Numbered from the stretch's first letter, positions 9,711 through 19,140 are shown. The stretch: DNA of 64,000 nucleotides from Patescibacteria group bacterium (GCA_038061795.1 JBBTYL010000002.1:13193-77192), one strand, 5' to 3'. Numbers and translations are program-made. The notes: a model not told the origin generated them from the sequence alone.

Positions 9711-10047
9711 GGTGCGGTTGGACAGTTACAATCCGCTTACGACGCAGTGTGTCCTCAGCAGTGCGTTGTACGGTAGAAAATGAGGAATTTTGACAACAAT
9801 CGGCGCGCGGCGGACATTTCAACGCGCCGACCGAAAATGGCTACTAAGGATGAGGGTGGACTTTGCCGGACTTCGGTCCAACCACGCTCATAGCCCGTTT
9901 CCCTTCTATGCAACGGCGCAGGGAGGATTGAAACGCATCACGTCTGCAGCGATGATGAGGCGACCACCAATATATTTGCTCGAGGTGGATTGTTCGACCG
10001 GTTTGTGGGCGTGTCGTTGACTTCAAGTCGACGCACGCCCCTTTTTT
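9711..10047 (+). ncRNA. Unclassified structured ncRNA candidate (~335 nt), GC-rich, promoter to intrinsic terminator
   Basis: GC-rich island in an AT-rich genome. Local hairpins include GGAC-UUCG-GUCC (UUCG tetraloop) and GGCGCG...CGCGCC. Ends in the strong terminator GGGCGTG...CACGCCC plus TTTTTT at 10007-10047. No plus-strand CDS lies downstream. Confidence 0.4.
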
Positions 10048-13000
10048 ATTTCTCAATATCCAACTTCGCAGAGAATTCCCCTATAGCAGTTGACTCTCCT
10101 TCAATCGATTTTAAAACAATATCCTTCAACCCCGTTGCGCTTGAGAGAGCGCTTTTATTTTTTTCAATTATATCTGCGAGCACAGCGTCCGTATCGACAG
10201 TCAAAATCGCCCGATCTTGTATTGTAAGGCCTTTTTCTTTTCTCAAATCCTGAATAGCTCGGATAAGCTCCCGCACAGTTCCCTCCTCTTTCAATTCTGG
10301 CGTAAGTGCGACGTCGAGAATCACCTCTTCGTTAAGCGAAGGATTCTGAAGAATTTCTTTTACGTTAACTTCGTCCTTGACTAGATCTGCAAGCGCTGTC
10401 GGCAACGTCGCCTTTATCGCAAGCTTTGTAAGCGGCTGCCGGACATTTATTTTCTCCTTCATGCGTGCCTCAAGGCCAAGCGATGCAAACGTGCGAACTT
10501 TCTGCATATTTGCGATGACTGATTCATCAACCTTAGGATATGATGGCCATGATTCGAGATGTACGCTCTCTTCAGGACCTTTCAATCGCAAATAGACATC
10601 CTCTGCAGTAAACGGCATGAGCGGCGCGATAAGTTTTGCGAAATCAATCAGGACATTTCGAGTCGTATAAAGCGCCATCTCCTTGTCTGCGACATTTTCA
10701 CCCTTGAAGCGATCTCGCGAACGGCGGAGATACCATGTAGAAAGGTCATCGATAAACTGCGCAAATGGCCTTGCCGCTCGATCGATCTCATATTTTTCAA
10801 GCGCATCAGTGACTTCTTTTGCAAGTTCTGCGAGCCTCGTCATGATCCAGATATCGAGAACGTGCGTACTCTTTGTTTCAGAAAGCTTTCCATCTGCTGG
10901 TGCATACATCTCATAGAAAGAGACTACGTTATTGAGGCGTCCGATGTGCTTCTTTACGACTTCATCCACCCCCTTTTCTGAGAAAGCGAAATCCTGCCCC
11001 TTCACGATTGGCGATGACATAAGGAAATAGCGGAGCGCATCTGCGCCGTATTTGTTCACGATAAGCATAAGATCGGGATAATTCTTCTCGCGCTTCGACA
11101 TCTTTCGTCCGTCTTCCGCAAGTACAAGTCCATTCACGACCACCCTCTTGTAAGGAGATTTTCCAAACAGCGCGACTCCGAGCACGATCATAGAATAGAA
11201 CCATCCTCGTGTCTGATCTAGTCCTTCTGCGATAAAATCTGCTGGGTAGCCTTTTGTCTTTCCAAGAATCTTGCTGAACGGTCCTGGTTTAGGATTAAAA
11301 TCGTCTTTGCTAAAAGGATAATGAGCCTCGCCAAATGGCATTGCTCCAGACTCGAACCAACAATCAAATACCTCTGGGATGCGTGTCATCTTGTTCCCCT
11401 TTTCAGAAACAAGTTCTATATCATCGATGAACGGCCTGTGAAGCTCAACTTCATATTCGTCATTGTGTGGTAATGGAGAAAAATCAAGCTTACGAGGCTT
11501 TGCGTTTATATTGAAATGGTCGCTGGTGCCTCGAAGCGCAATCGACTGCTCCCTATCGAGTCCCTGCGCTGCGGCATCAAGAAGAAAGAGCGGCGTATCA
11601 TGAGAAACGATAAGAATATTCTTGCCTTCATATTTCTTTTCAAGGCTGTAAAGAAAATCCCCCACGCGCTTCTTTATGTCAGCGTAGTTTTCTCCGCCTT
11701 CGGGAGTCTCCGTAAAACGGCTCTCGTGTCCAAAACTCGAAATAAAATCATTGAAACCTTTTCCATTCCATATTCCGGTATTAATCTCGCAGATCTTCGG
11801 CTCAGAAATTATCTTTTTCTTATCGATTCCGATCTTCTTTGCGATTATCTCCGCGGTCTCTCGCGTCCTGACAAAAGGAGACGTGAAAATAAGATCGATT
11901 TTTTTGCTTGTAAGCCATTTCCCAGCATCCTCAGCTTGTTTCTTTCCCTTGTCAGTGAGGTGATGCGGATTTTCTGCCAACGAACTGATAATCATCTTGG
12001 CATTATTTTCCGCCTCCCCATGGCGGCAAACATAGTATGTATTCTTTGCCTTGCTATGTTTCTTGAGGTCCTCAACTGAACCAAGAACTTTGCACTCCCC
12101 TGTCTTGTCATCTTTCCAGACCGGAAGAGGGGCACCCCAGAAGCGTGAACGTGAAATCGCCCAGTCCCGCGCGCCAAGCAGCCAATTTCCAAATCTACCT
12201 TCTCCGATTTCAGCAGGAACCCATTCAACTTTCTTGTTTTCATTTACAAGCTTGTCTCGCAATGCTGTAACTTTTACGAACCATGATGAAGAGGCGTAAT
12301 TCAGAAGCGGAGTATCGCATCTCCAACAGTGTGGATATGAGTGGATTAATTTTTCTTTAGCAAAAAGCCTCTCTTTCTTTGCAAGATACTTTATGATTTC
12401 GACATCAGCTTTCTGGTGGGCATCTTTTTCTTCCAGAGTGTCTTTTGGCTTTACGAGCTGTCCGGCAAAATCGGTGACTTCGGGCCTGAATACACCACTT
12501 GTCGTGACATGCTGAACGAATGGGAGATTGTGCTTCAATGAAAGCTCATAGTCGTCAGCACCGAATGCCGGAGCGATATGCACGATTCCGGATCCGTCCT
12601 CTGTAGTCACGAATTCAGCGCCATAGACTTTCCAGCCGTTCTCAGCGTTTTTGAGCTTCTTGTCTTTCGAATAATAATCAAAAACTGGTTCATACGATTT
12701 TCCAACGAGTTCAGAGCCCTTAACTGTTTCCACAATCTTATATTTTGTATCTTTAAGCACTGACAATCTAGACTTTGCTAAAATATATTCTTCCTTAATT
12801 AATTCAAGTTCTGTTGGAAAAGATTTATTTGCCTCAAAAGATTCTTCAAATGTTTTACCTTGTGCATCAACTCCTTTGAATATTTTTATTTTTACATATT
12901 CAATTTCTGGATTTATCGCAAGCGCGACATTTCCTGGAAGCGTCCAAGGCGTCGTCGTCCATGCGAGAAAAAAAGTATCCGGCGCATCAGATAACTTGAA

Positions 13001-13651
13001 CTTAACATACACGGAAATATCTGTGATGTCCTTGTAGCCCTGGCTGACCTCGAAGTTTGAGAGCGTCGTCTCGCATCGAGGACAGAGATTCATTGACTTG
13101 AAACCTTCGTAGATCAAGCCTTTCTTGTGGAGCTGAGAAAATGCCCACCAGACAGACTCGGTGTATGTCGCATCCATCGTACGGTAATCGTCCTCCATAT
13201 CAACCCATCGTCCAAGTCGAGGAATGATTTTTCTCCAATCATCCGCATAGCGCATGACGCTTCCCTTCGCCATCGCATTGAACTTTCCAACACCGTAGTC
13301 AACAATATCTTTTTTTGAAGCAAGACCAAGTTCTTTTTCAATAATATTTTCTACTGGCAATCCGTGGCAGTCCCATCCCCATCGTCGACGGACCTTATAG
13401 CCCTGCATGGTCTTGTAGCGTGGAATGATGTCCTTTATGGTTCCGGGTACGACGTGTCCATAGTGCGGCTCGCCAGTAGCGAACGGAGGCCCGTCATAGA
13501 ATACAAAATCGCCCCGGTATTCTCTATCGGGTGCTTCTTGCGCAAGGGTTTTCTTGAAAATGCTATTCTTTTCCCAGAAAGCTAGTATCTTTTCTTCCGT
13601 TTCTGCTACTTTGCTCTTAGGGGGTTTCTCTAAAGGTTTTTCTTCAGACAT
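10046..13651 (-). CDS. ileS: Isoleucyl-tRNA synthetase with an inserted histidine-phosphatase-superfamily domain
   Basis: HIGH region PFATGEPHYGHV, KMSKREKN, and WAISRSRFWGAPLP...ELHRPFIDDI flanking the insert. The insert (aa ~535-735) has RHGEAENN, SPFVRTRETAEI and IVSHDTPL phosphatase motifs. 1201 aa against ~950-1050 for typical IleRS. Confidence 0.9.
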   Translation of the reverse strand: MSEEKPLEKPPKSKVAETEEKILAFWEKNSIFKKTLAQEAPDREYRGDFVFYDGPPFATGEPHYGHVVPGTIKDIIPRYKTMQGYKVRRRWGWDCHGLPVENIIEKELGLASKKDIVDYGVGKFNAMAKGSVMRYADDWRKIIPRLGRWVDMEDDYRTMDATYTESVWWAFSQLHKKGLIYEGFKSMNLCPRCETTLSNFEVSQGYKDITDISVYVKFKLSDAPDTFFLAWTTTPWTLPGNVALAINPEIEYVKIKIFKGVDAQGKTFEESFEANKSFPTELELIKEEYILAKSRLSVLKDTKYKIVETVKGSELVGKSYEPVFDYYSKDKKLKNAENGWKVYGAEFVTTEDGSGIVHIAPAFGADDYELSLKHNLPFVQHVTTSGVFRPEVTDFAGQLVKPKDTLEEKDAHQKADVEIIKYLAKKERLFAKEKLIHSYPHCWRCDTPLLNYASSSWFVKVTALRDKLVNENKKVEWVPAEIGEGRFGNWLLGARDWAISRSRFWGAPLPVWKDDKTGECKVLGSVEDLKKHSKAKNTYYVCRHGEAENNAKMIISSLAENPHHLTDKGKKQAEDAGKWLTSKKIDLIFTSPFVRTRETAEIIAKKIGIDKKKIISEPKICEINTGIWNGKGFNDFISSFGHESRFTETPEGGENYADIKKRVGDFLYSLEKKYEGKNILIVSHDTPLFLLDAAAQGLDREQSIALRGTSDHFNINAKPRKLDFSPLPHNDEYEVELHRPFIDDIELVSEKGNKMTRIPEVFDCWFESGAMPFGEAHYPFSKDDFNPKPGPFSKILGKTKGYPADFIAEGLDQTRGWFYSMIVLGVALFGKSPYKRVVVNGLVLAEDGRKMSKREKNYPDLMLIVNKYGADALRYFLMSSPIVKGQDFAFSEKGVDEVVKKHIGRLNNVVSFYEMYAPADGKLSETKSTHVLDIWIMTRLAELAKEVTDALEKYEIDRAARPFAQFIDDLSTWYLRRSRDRFKGENVADKEMALYTTRNVLIDFAKLIAPLMPFTAEDVYLRLKGPEESVHLESWPSYPKVDESVIANMQKVRTFASLGLEARMKEKINVRQPLTKLAIKATLPTALADLVKDEVNVKEILQNPSLNEEVILDVALTPELKEEGTVRELIRAIQDLRKEKGLTIQDRAILTVDTDAVLADIIEKNKSALSSATGLKDIVLKSIEGESTAIGEFSAKLDIEK

Positions 13652-13688
13652 GAGACCATGTTATCACTTTCTAACCTTTTTTTCATCT

Positions 13689-15368
13689 CTACATCCTTTT
13701 CGGAATTTGTATGCCAAGAACCCAAAGCCCATTCGTCATGACATCTGAAAAAACTTTTGTAAGTGCGACACGGTATGTAGATACTGCGTCGCTCTCGCTG
13801 ATGATCTGGTTGTTCGCATAGTATGAATTAAAGGCGGAAGAAAGCTCGATCAAATACGTCACAATATGATGCGGAGCATACTCTGTCCGCGCTCTTTCGA
13901 CAACTTCTGGGAATCTCAAGACAAGCTTCTCAAGTGTCTCTACTTTTTCTGGTAATGTTGTAACCTCCTTCACGCCGCCAGCTTTTGCGAGAACCGCTCG
14001 AGCACGGACGACAGCGTATTGGAGGTAGGGACCGGAATCACCCTCGAACGAAAGGGCTTTGGTCGGATCATAAATTACATCGCCGCCAATAGCTTGACGG
14101 AGGATAGTGTATTTGAGTCCAGCGACGGCAACTTCCTTGCGAATTTCCATTTTTTCCGCATCGGTAAATTCCCTATCGCTTATCTTCTCATCGACGAGTG
14201 ATTCGAATTCTCCAATAAGCGTTTCTGCAGCCACGATGTTTCCTTTACGTGAAGACATTTTTCCAGTCGATGGGCGAAGAATTCCATGGCTGAGATGCTT
14301 CATTTTTTCAGCTTTTTCAGGAAAAATCGCCTTTATCGTAACGAGAAGGACTTTGAAATATGCATTCTGCTCATTTGCGGTAATAACGATTGATTCTGTC
14401 ATATCAGGATACTTTTTAAACTTCAAATCCGTAAGCCCGAGCTCCTTTGCCTCGTACGTCGGCAAGCCTTGAGAATTGATGAAGACTCGCGTATGTTCCC
14501 CGTATTTTTCTCCAGGAAAAACGACTGCGCCCTCGCTCTCCTCAAAGACTCCCTCCTTGAGGAATTCCCTTACGATTTTTATTCCATCATCAGCGACCTG
14601 GCTTTCAAAAAAGAATTCATCGAACCTGGTTCCGAGCCTCTTGTAGACAGAATCGAAATATTCAAGGCTTAATTTCCTCCCGGCATCGTATATCTTGTTG
14701 ATTTCAGGATCTGATTTTTCAAAAACTTTCTTGTTCACGTCGGCAATCTCTTTTTTTGCAATCTCATCAGATTCATATTGGGCGGAACCGAAGACATATC
14801 TGTCTCCAAGATATTTAATATCGTCCTTATAGCTGCCGTCCTTCTGAATCGCCCAGATAGTCTTTGCAACATGAAGCCCGACATCGCCCTGATAGCAGGC
14901 ACGGATGACTTTCGCCCCTGAAAATTCGACAAGACGCGAGATCGATTCTCCGATCGTATTTGCCATGAGGTGACCGATATGGAAAATCTTGAAAGGATTC
15001 GGGTCGGTGTGTTCGACCATGATCTCCTTCCCCTTGTCAATTGAAAGCTTCCCAAAATTTTCGGCATCTTTTGAAATCCTAAGTATTTCTTTTGAAAAAT
15101 ACGAATCCACGACTTTGAAATTAATGAAACCTTGACCGGCAATCTCTATCGAGGCTATGTCTGCAGGAAGATTCTTTTTGCACTCATCAACGATCTTTTC
15201 TGCAAGAATCTTGGGTGAGATCTTCAGGGATTTCGAATGCATCATGGCAACATTCGATGAAAAATCGCCGTGAGACATGTCTTCTGGGTGTTCAAGACGA
15301 ATGGATGGGTCAGCAATGCCAATCTTTTGAGCCGCTTTTGCTAGCAATTCGATAATAACCTTATTCAT
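13689..15368 (-). CDS. argS: Arginyl-tRNA synthetase
   Basis: HIGH-like FKIFHIGHLMANTIGESISR, N-terminal Arg-tRNA-binding domain, anticodon-binding C-terminus ending KRM. Confidence 0.9.
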   Translation of the reverse strand: MNKVIIELLAKAAQKIGIADPSIRLEHPEDMSHGDFSSNVAMMHSKSLKISPKILAEKIVDECKKNLPADIASIEIAGQGFINFKVVDSYFSKEILRISKDAENFGKLSIDKGKEIMVEHTDPNPFKIFHIGHLMANTIGESISRLVEFSGAKVIRACYQGDVGLHVAKTIWAIQKDGSYKDDIKYLGDRYVFGSAQYESDEIAKKEIADVNKKVFEKSDPEINKIYDAGRKLSLEYFDSVYKRLGTRFDEFFFESQVADDGIKIVREFLKEGVFEESEGAVVFPGEKYGEHTRVFINSQGLPTYEAKELGLTDLKFKKYPDMTESIVITANEQNAYFKVLLVTIKAIFPEKAEKMKHLSHGILRPSTGKMSSRKGNIVAAETLIGEFESLVDEKISDREFTDAEKMEIRKEVAVAGLKYTILRQAIGGDVIYDPTKALSFEGDSGPYLQYAVVRARAVLAKAGGVKEVTTLPEKVETLEKLVLRFPEVVERARTEYAPHHIVTYLIELSSAFNSYYANNQIISESDAVSTYRVALTKVFSDVMTNGLWVLGIQIPKRM

Positions 15369-15409
15369 GGCTCAATTCTAGCACTAAAAGGCTGCTTCTA
15401 GCGAGAAAG

Positions 15410-15437
15410 TTGACTTTTTCTATATATCTGTTATATT
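15410..15437 (+). promoter_or_regulatory. sigma70-like promoter (TTGACT-16nt-TATATT)
   Basis: TTGACT at 15410-15415 and TATATT at 15432-15437 in the argS/glyA intergenic region. Confidence 0.3.
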
Positions 15438-15443
15438 CAACAC

Positions 15444-15535
15444 GGGGTGGAAACGCGCAAGTTCCTCAACCGTGCGTTTGGGCTCGTAGTCTGTAGCTGT
15501 GGGGGCAGCACAGGGTACGAGCCTTTTCTATTTCC
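15444..15535 (+). ncRNA. Small RNA candidate (~90 nt) ending in hairpin plus T-run
   Basis: Promoter-proximal start. Ends in the extended hairpin GGCTCGTA...CTGTG-GGGGCAG-CACAG...TACGAGCC at 15481-15523 plus TTTTCTATTTCC. No plus-strand CDS downstream. Confidence 0.3.
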
Positions 15536-16700
15536 TCAAAATCGCATCGATCCGTTCAGCGATTTTTTTCATGTCTTTTTCCTTCTTGCCTCGAGTCGTT
15601 TCTGCTGCGGTTCCGAGCCTGATACCTGAAGGATCAGCGGGCGGTCGGGTATCAAAAGGTATCGCATTCTTATTCACGATTATCCCCTCTTTCTCAAGCC
15701 TATCACTTGCATCCTTTCCAGAAATTCCTTTTCCTTCCATCCATGTATCGACAAGAACAAGATGACTGTCAGTACCTCCTGAAATTATTTTCCAGCCTTT
15801 CTTGTCGAGCTCATTTGCAAGCGTCTTTGCATTTTTCTTTATCTGAGAAGCATATTTTTTAAAAGCGGGGGCGGCTGCTTCTTTTAGAGCGACTGCCACA
15901 GCGGCAATTTGGTTTTCATGCGGACCTCCCTGAAGTCCAGGAAAAACAGCGCGATCTATTTTCTTTCCGAGTTCTCTGGTATCTGCCTTTGAAAAAATAA
16001 TAGCGCTTCGTGGGCCACGGAGAGTCTTGTGAACGGTCGTAGTGACAATATCCGCATACTCAAATGGCGAAGGATATTCCCTTCCCGCAATAAGTCCTGC
16101 AATATGAGACATATCTATCATAAGCAATGCCCCACTCACATCGGCCGCTTCTCGCAATTTCTTGAAATCAATCTGTCGCGGATATGCAGTATATCCTCCA
16201 ACTATAATCGCTGGTTTTTCTCGTATCGCGATTTCTTTTAACTCATTATAATCAAGGACTTCGGTAAGCTTGTTCACTCCATACGGTACTTGAGTCCAAA
16301 ATTTTCCTGTAGCTGAGACTTTGTGGCCATGCGTGAGATGTCCTCCCTGATCAAGAGACATGCCCATGATTTTTCCTCCTTGCGGTACGAGGGCGACATA
16401 TACTGCCAAGTTTGCTGGGGACCCAGAAAGCGCCTGCACATTCACATTCCATTCGGTTTCTTTTAGGCCAAAAAGCTTCAAAGCTCTCTCAATTGCAAGA
16501 GATTCTACTTTATCGACAACTTCGTTTCCACCATAGTAGCGCTTGCCTGGGTAGCCTTCAGCGTATTTGTTCGTGAGCTCGGAGCCGAGCGCCTCAAGGA
16601 CGTCCTTCGATACGTAGTTTTCTGAGGCGATAAGATTGATGACTTTCTTCTGCCTCTTCTTTTCAGCATCTAGTAGCTTCTTGATCTGTATGTCTTTCAT
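15528..16700 (-). CDS. glyA: Serine hydroxymethyltransferase
   Basis: LIASENYVSKDVLEALGS...YAEGYPGKRYYGG, HLTHGH, and a PLP-lysine region. Confidence 0.9.
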   Translation of the reverse strand: MKDIQIKKLLDAEKKRQKKVINLIASENYVSKDVLEALGSELTNKYAEGYPGKRYYGGNEVVDKVESLAIERALKLFGLKETEWNVNVQALSGSPANLAVYVALVPQGGKIMGMSLDQGGHLTHGHKVSATGKFWTQVPYGVNKLTEVLDYNELKEIAIREKPAIIVGGYTAYPRQIDFKKLREAADVSGALLMIDMSHIAGLIAGREYPSPFEYADIVTTTVHKTLRGPRSAIIFSKADTRELGKKIDRAVFPGLQGGPHENQIAAVAVALKEAAAPAFKKYASQIKKNAKTLANELDKKGWKIISGGTDSHLVLVDTWMEGKGISGKDASDRLEKEGIIVNKNAIPFDTRPPADPSGIRLGTAAETTRGKKEKDMKKIAERIDAILRK

Positions 16701-16709
16701 GGGCTTATC

Positions 16710-17180
16710 TTATTCCACAAGCGGTTCAATTGCAAAGTCCTTCCTTAATGAGTCATCATTATTGAATGCAAAGTGGCATCGGACTTTTTCGCCAGCCAAA
16801 ACCTTCGGCAGCCAATGCACATCATCAGGCCACATCTTGTCGAAAGGCAAAGCGTCTTTAGAGCACCATTCTGGCCTCATCTCTTCTGTTTCTGTCGGCT
16901 CTCCTTCCCATTCGGATGTGAGATAGACATGGCATTCCTGATTCCACTCCGGCTTCGTATCAAAACTGAAATGCAAGATGGCAACTTTCTCGAGCTTGTC
17001 TTCTTCAAGGGTCACTTCGATTTCCTCAAATGCCTCCCTGACAATAGCTTGCTCTGGAGTTTCATCTCCCTGTACTTTGCCTCCAACCCCATTCATCCTT
17101 CCCTCGCCAAATCCCCTCTTTTTCATGGCGAGCAGTAGATCCGTCTCAGTTTGCAGGAAACAAAGCGTTGTTATTTTCAT
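16710..17180 (-). CDS. NUDIX hydrolase (MutT-like)
   Basis: Nudix box GGKVQGDETPEQAIVREAFEEIEV. Confidence 0.75.
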   Translation of the reverse strand: MKITTLCFLQTETDLLLAMKKRGFGEGRMNGVGGKVQGDETPEQAIVREAFEEIEVTLEEDKLEKVAILHFSFDTKPEWNQECHVYLTSEWEGEPTETEEMRPEWCSKDALPFDKMWPDDVHWLPKVLAGEKVRCHFAFNNDDSLRKDFAIEPLVE

Positions 17181-17815
17181 ATGATTGAATTAATTAAATC
17201 TGCAAAATCCTTTTCGACTTTTTCAAAAGACTGGTTTGCATCTATGATCTTATGCGGCACTTTCTGAAAAAATTTAAGATATCCCTCGCGTACCAACGTA
17301 TGAAAATCTATTTCACGGTCATCAAAATGATCATATTGCTTTCCTTGAAGCAACGATTGGTTTCTCGAATTTGCCCTTCTCACCCCTTCTTTCGGCTCAA
17401 CATCAAAAAATATATAGAGGTCTGGTTTGACTGACAGATGATCTCTGAGATCCCAGAAAAGCTTTTCTAGCTTGCCTTTCGACTGTGCATGAACCTGATA
17501 AGCGTACGAAGACGCATCAAATCTATCAGTAATGATTGTGGTGCCTTTTTTCAAGGCTGGCCTGATCATATTTTCGCTGTTATCATAACGGGCTGCGAAC
17601 ATAAGGCAGAGCGTCGTCTCGACAGGAGCGGTCTTTGCCAAAGGATTCTTGAGCGTCGCTTCACGAATGACCTCTGCGTAGGGGGTTCCTCCAGGTTCTC
17701 GCGTTGTCATGATTGAATCACCAAGCCTTTCCTTGAGTCGCATCAGCATGCTGGATTTTCCAGATCCTTCTCCTCCTTCGATCACTATGAATTTCGGCTT
17801 GAGGTTTTGCATCAT
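17177..17815 (-). CDS. tmk: Thymidylate kinase
   Basis: P-loop FIVIEGGEGSGKSS and TREPGGTPYAE motifs. Confidence 0.8.
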   Translation of the reverse strand: MMQNLKPKFIVIEGGEGSGKSSMLMRLKERLGDSIMTTREPGGTPYAEVIREATLKNPLAKTAPVETTLCLMFAARYDNSENMIRPALKKGTTIITDRFDASSYAYQVHAQSKGKLEKLFWDLRDHLSVKPDLYIFFDVEPKEGVRRANSRNQSLLQGKQYDHFDDREIDFHTLVREGYLKFFQKVPHKIIDANQSFEKVEKDFADLINSII

Positions 17816-18237
17816 TGAAGTAATTGTATAACTTTTTGAAACACCTCATCAAATGAGTCGTATCTTACGAATTTAAAATTCTTATGATTTACTCCAGTAA
17901 TAAGCTTGCTGACCATGCTGTTTTTATGCGCAACAGCAAGTACAGGTATGCCTCTTTTTTCTATAGCGGTTGCCATTTCGTAGCCAAGACCAAGAGAAGG
18001 ATAGTCACAAATTGCCAACATGCAGTCTGCCACCATGACGCACTCCTCGATATCTACCCTATAAACTTCTTCAGGCGTTGCTTTTGATGGGTCCATTCTT
18101 ACCCAAAAAAATTCAAGAATTTCAAAAGAATCCTTTATCTTTTCCTTAAGCTTAGAGATATTTTCAAGAAGATTAGTTCTGTCTTCTAAGGATAAACTGC
18201 TGAGCGCACAGCCGATATAGATTTTTTTCTTTTTCAT
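17812..18237 (-). CDS. Nucleoside 2-deoxyribosyltransferase-family protein
   Basis: KIYIGCALSS aligns with NDT IYFGAGWF. SLGLGYEMATA aligns with DVGLGMELGYA, which holds the catalytic Glu. Confidence 0.55.
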   Translation of the reverse strand: MKKKKIYIGCALSSLSLEDRTNLLENISKLKEKIKDSFEILEFFWVRMDPSKATPEEVYRVDIEECVMVADCMLAICDYPSLGLGYEMATAIEKRGIPVLAVAHKNSMVSKLITGVNHKNFKFVRYDSFDEVFQKVIQLLQ

Positions 18238-18239
18238 AT

Positions 18240-18662
18240 TTATTTTCCTGTACTTCCAAATCCTCCAGAACCACGATCAGTCTGGTTCAGTTCACCAACC
18301 TCTTCAAATTGAACACTCTCCACTTTCTGAATAAGTAGCTGGGCAACCTTGTGACCTTTCTCAAATTTAAAACTTTCATTAGCAAGATTCATAAGTCCAA
18401 CATGAAGCTCGCCCCTATACCCAGAATCGATAACGCCTCCAAAAGTTTTTATTCCGTATTTATGTGAAAGACCGCTCTTATCCCAAATCAAACCGACATA
18501 GCCGTCTGGAATCTCTATAGCGATTCCTATTGAAATTGATTTTCTTTCATTCGGAGCCATTTCAAATGCATCAATCGCAAACAAATCCATTCCCGCGTCT
18601 GTTGCATGAGCATGCTTTGGAATTATTGCATCTGGATGAATTTTTTTAATCTTAAGTTTCAT
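18240..18662 (-). CDS. dut: dUTP diphosphatase (dUTPase)
   Basis: DAGMDLFA, GLIWDKSG and VIDSGYRGE dUTPase motifs. Start placed at the internal Met (MKLKIKKIHP). Confidence 0.8.
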   Translation of the reverse strand: MKLKIKKIHPDAIIPKHAHATDAGMDLFAIDAFEMAPNERKSISIGIAIEIPDGYVGLIWDKSGLSHKYGIKTFGGVIDSGYRGELHVGLMNLANESFKFEKGHKVAQLLIQKVESVQFEEVGELNQTDRGSGGFGSTGK

Positions 18663-18663
18663 G

Positions 18664-19140
18664 CTATTTCTTAAATAATTGCTCAGCAGTATCAACAAGA
18701 TACACATCTCGAATTCCAGCTGCGATCATTTCGTCCCAGCAAGGCTTACAGCACCACCAGTGGCCATAAAGATAAAGATCTGCTCCTTTTGCGTTTCCGT
18801 TTTTGCTGACGGCATCTTTTGCCGCTCTCGTCTCGGCATGGTGTCGGCATGATGAACAGCCAGGACAGAGCCAGTATTTTTGGCCAGAAGGAATTTTTAA
18901 AAGTCTTCTAACACAAAAGCCTCTCTTATGAATCTCTATTAGTTTCTTATTTTTAAGTGCTGACTGATTCGCCCCCCTTCCAATGATCTTGCCGTCAAAT
19001 ACCGCAACCGCTCCCGTTGGGTGATAAAAATCAGTAGAAAAATTCTGCCTCATTTTCATAGCCTCAATCATAAAAGGATCTGAAATTGTAACGTATTTTA
19101 TAGTCCTTCTTTCTGGCAGATAGGGGTAACGATTGTTCAT
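18664..19140 (-). CDS. Deoxycytidylate (dCMP) deaminase, cytidine-deaminase-superfamily zinc enzyme
   Basis: HAE...PCxxC zinc motif (HHAETRAA ... CCKPC). Confidence 0.7.
   Translation of the reverse strand: MNNRYPYLPERRTIKYVTISDPFMIEAMKMRQNFSTDFYHPTGAVAVFDGKIIGRGANQSALKNKKLIEIHKRGFCVRRLLKIPSGQKYWLCPGCSSCRHHAETRAAKDAVSKNGNAKGADLYLYGHWWCCKPCWDEMIAAGIRDVYLVDTAEQLFKK

Noticed and set aside
9711-10047. Calling the ~335-nt RNA tmRNA, RNase P RNA or SRP RNA
   Set aside because: I could not find a tag-peptide frame with a tRNA-like 3' end, the RNase P CR-I/CR-V consensus, or the SRP GGAA/AGCAGC domain-IV motif by eye. Left unclassified pending a covariance-model search.
11516-12079. 187-aa plus-strand ORF
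   Set aside because: Lies antisense inside the ileS insert region. No motifs. Shadow ORF of the GC-richer coding strand.
10046-13651. Intein or mobile element inside ileS
   Set aside because: The insert has no intein splicing motifs (no N-terminal Cys/Ser block or C-terminal HN-Cys) and no endonuclease motifs. It carries histidine-phosphatase motifs instead.
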